Source of the DNA: a virus
IMG/VR virus record: IMGVR_UViG_3300034283_001913
Span: 18,604 to 82,603 of that record
Direction: 5' to 3' (one strand)
DNA: 64,000 nucleotides
The notes below the pieces were generated by a model. The model did no database searches and was not told the origin of the DNA. It saw nothing but the letters and a program-made list of their open reading frames with translations. The translations under genes were made by a program, and so were the position numbers. This document shows positions 62,134 through 64,000 of the stretch, in pieces (within the stretch, counting starts at the first letter, position 1; every line of letters starts with the position of its first letter).

Positions 62134-63229
62134 GTTCTTCTGAGATAATAGATTCTTGAGTCTCAGCTTGAATAGGACTTTGAGTAGAAATCTTGAGTGC
62201 TTTTTGTTCGGCTTCTTCTAGAGCATTGATAAATGTCTCTGTAGGCTCGATATCGGAATAGCGAAAGTATTCACTACCTAGATTATCTCCAAATTCTGCC
62301 TTAGCTAAAGTTATTAACTTTTTATAATCCTCCTTTGTAATACAGTTTTTCTCAATGAGCTTCTTTACTACATCATCAAAATCTATCCAGTTACCTAATT
62401 CAAGATCGAAGAAAGTGCACAAGCTGCTAAAGTTTACGTGCCGCGACTCTGATGTATTATATATTGCAGATCTAAACTCTTTAAATAACATCAAAAGATA
62501 CATAGCAGACTTTTGATAATTGCAATTTGCCATCAGCTCAAGAGCTAGTACATGATTGTTTTTATCAGCAGACTCAAATATCTTTCTTGTTTCCTCATAC
62601 ATCTCCTCTGTCATTACTGTTTGATTACACTTATCCATAAGAAAAGATTCTTTAACAATAATCTTTCCTTCAAGTATAGCATCTTCAATATCTCTGAGTC
62701 TTTTTTCCTCGGTTATCCAACTTTTTACAACAAGAGTTGCTACCGTTTTATAATTGTTCCATTCTCTATATACATTATAATCTTTAAATATAAAATAAGG
62801 ATAACAATCGTCTGATTCAAGAATGTTTTTTATTTCAAGACTTTCGGGATCTCCTATAGAATACTTTTTTTCTATGTATTCTTCAAGATATTCTAAGGAG
62901 CAACTATAATGGTCAACATCTTTTTTAAGAATACTTTTTCCTGTTTCTTCACCTACTATAACAACGTCGGCAGATTTGCTGTTTTTAGTTAAACTTACAC
63001 CTATAGATTTAAAATAATTATTAGTCTTAAATCTAGCAATAGTGCATCCAGGCAAAAAGAATACTTTCTCTTTTTCTTTGAAATCATAGCTATCTTGAGG
63101 GCTTAGCAAATCATCTATAGCGTCCTCATTCAGATCTTTATAATCTATAGCCAGCCTTGTTGCAAACACTAAAGGTTCATTAGGCGAGCTTAATAATACA
63201 ATCTGTTTTTTGAATACTTCTCTTAGCAT
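62126..63229 (-). CDS. Hypothetical protein, possible BRCT-like N-terminal domain
   Basis: VFFLPGCTIARFK...GVSLTKNSKSADVVIVG resembles BRCT topology (weak). Confidence 0.5.
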   Translation of the reverse strand: MLREVFKKQIVLLSSPNEPLVFATRLAIDYKDLNEDAIDDLLSPQDSYDFKEKEKVFFLPGCTIARFKTNNYFKSIGVSLTKNSKSADVVIVGEETGKSILKKDVDHYSCSLEYLEEYIEKKYSIGDPESLEIKNILESDDCYPYFIFKDYNVYREWNNYKTVATLVVKSWITEEKRLRDIEDAILEGKIIVKESFLMDKCNQTVMTEEMYEETRKIFESADKNNHVLALELMANCNYQKSAMYLLMLFKEFRSAIYNTSESRHVNFSSLCTFFDLELGNWIDFDDVVKKLIEKNCITKEDYKKLITLAKAEFGDNLGSEYFRYSDIEPTETFINALEEAEQKALKISTQSPIQAETQESIISEEHE

Positions 63230-63240
63230 AATGGTTAAAA

Positions 63241-63270
63241 TAAAAGGGGCCAGAAAAATCTGACCCCTTA
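63241..63270 (-). terminator. Intrinsic terminator
   Basis: Minus strand reads AAGGGGTCAGA-TTTT-TCTGGCCCCTT followed by TTATTTT. Confidence 0.7.
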
Positions 63271-63275
63271 TGTTA

Positions 63276-63998
63276 TTACTTAGTTGCCATTCGGATAACC
63301 TCCGGGTTAGTCAGCATCTTCTGGAACTTCTGTTTGTTTCCGTTGATGAGCTGTTTAACCATGACATATTTAATGTCATTCATAAAGGTATCTTCGTCTG
63401 TAACAAGACGAACTAGTCTTTCAATGTGCTTCGTCTCAACACTGTTTTTCTCAGCAAAAGTTAAGCTGTAGTTAGTGATACGACGGCCCATGATACTAGC
63501 AATATCTGGACGATAGTTTCCATCTCGGCCGATACAACCGCGAAGCTCTCCTATAACATACGCCTCATTATCGTGAGTGAGCACTGTCTTAGGATCAATT
63601 AGCTTATCGAAGCGTCCGTGGATAAACGTGGTAAACATAGTGGTAAACTCAGGTCCTACTGAACCTTCACCAATCATCTGGATAAGAGGAAGCTGTTTCT
63701 CAAACTCTTCAATACTACTGATAGAGTTAAAGAAGTTTGTCACAGAACGAGCATTGATCCCGCTCGACGCCTCATCCATAAGCTCCGGATGCATCAACAT
63801 GAAGTTGATACAACGAGAATCAATCTGAGCAGACTCTGCCCAACGTGCCCATACATCGATATCATACTTCAGGTTTACACTAATAAAACGTGTGCGCTGA
63901 GCATTGTCAATCGATTGTACAAGATACTCTCCATTGTCCGGGTTAGCGGTCAGGATAATGTGCCAATCCTTAGGAAGCTTCCAAGAGATATACTCCTG
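63276..63998 (-). CDS. MoxR-type AAA+ ATPase, C-terminal part (5'-truncated by window)
   Basis: Frame is open to the window end: ...SWKLPKDWHIILTANP...IDNAQRTRF (sensor I and Arg finger)...NARS; longer than the ORF-track call. Confidence 0.75.
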   Translation of the reverse strand, partial: QEYISWKLPKDWHIILTANPDNGEYLVQSIDNAQRTRFISVNLKYDIDVWARWAESAQIDSRCINFMLMHPELMDEASSGINARSVTNFFNSISSIEEFEKQLPLIQMIGEGSVGPEFTTMFTTFIHGRFDKLIDPKTVLTHDNEAYVIGELRGCIGRDGNYRPDIASIMGRRITNYSLTFAEKNSVETKHIERLVRLVTDEDTFMNDIKYVMVKQLINGNKQKFQKMLTNPEVIRMATK

Positions 63999-64000
63999 AC

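Noticed and set aside
1338-63828. Numerous 60-150 aa antisense or alternate-frame ORFs in the track (e.g. 1338-1670, 2387-2758, 16000-16428, 42561-43025, 61256-61588)
   Set aside because: They overlap well-supported genes, show no recognisable motifs and look like shadow ORFs.
1-64000. Stop-codon reassignment, as in some crAss-like phages
   Set aside because: Genes up to 10.5 kb are intact in the standard code; TAG (6884) and TGA (19767) act as stops at sensible gene boundaries.

Overview
This window is part of a crAss-like (Crassvirales-type) podophage genome, probably infecting an environmental Bacteroidota host (no Shine-Dalgarno sequences, A-rich leaders, TTTG-N20-TA promoter geometry; standard genetic code). 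The + strand (1-56041) is the virion module. It runs from the 3' end of the major capsid gene through a structured tRNA-like RNA, nine tiny Lys-rich genes, a ring protein, a ferritin, an auxiliary capsid protein, very Cys-rich hub/fibre proteins, an IHF-like protein, two more ring proteins and the muzzle. It ends with six large cargo/ejection proteins, including the 3511-aa virion RNA polymerase (DFDID). After a bidirectional terminator, the - strand (56095-64000) is the replication module: MazG-like, DUF932-like, PolB, PD-(D/E)XK nuclease and a MoxR-type AAA+. Structural assignments rest on motifs and on synteny with crAss001/phi14:2 recalled from memory, not on searches. Best novel signals: (1) the three giant cargo proteins (~8,000 aa in total) are almost Cys-free except for single Cys residues at their adjoining termini, suggesting a head-to-tail disulfide-linked ejection chain; (2) a recurring hydrophobic-x-x-G-G peptide tag is shared by the tiny basic proteins and a modular 2104-aa cargo polyprotein; (3) a tRNA-like element follows the capsid gene, and a terminator/antiterminator switch follows the auxiliary capsid gene.
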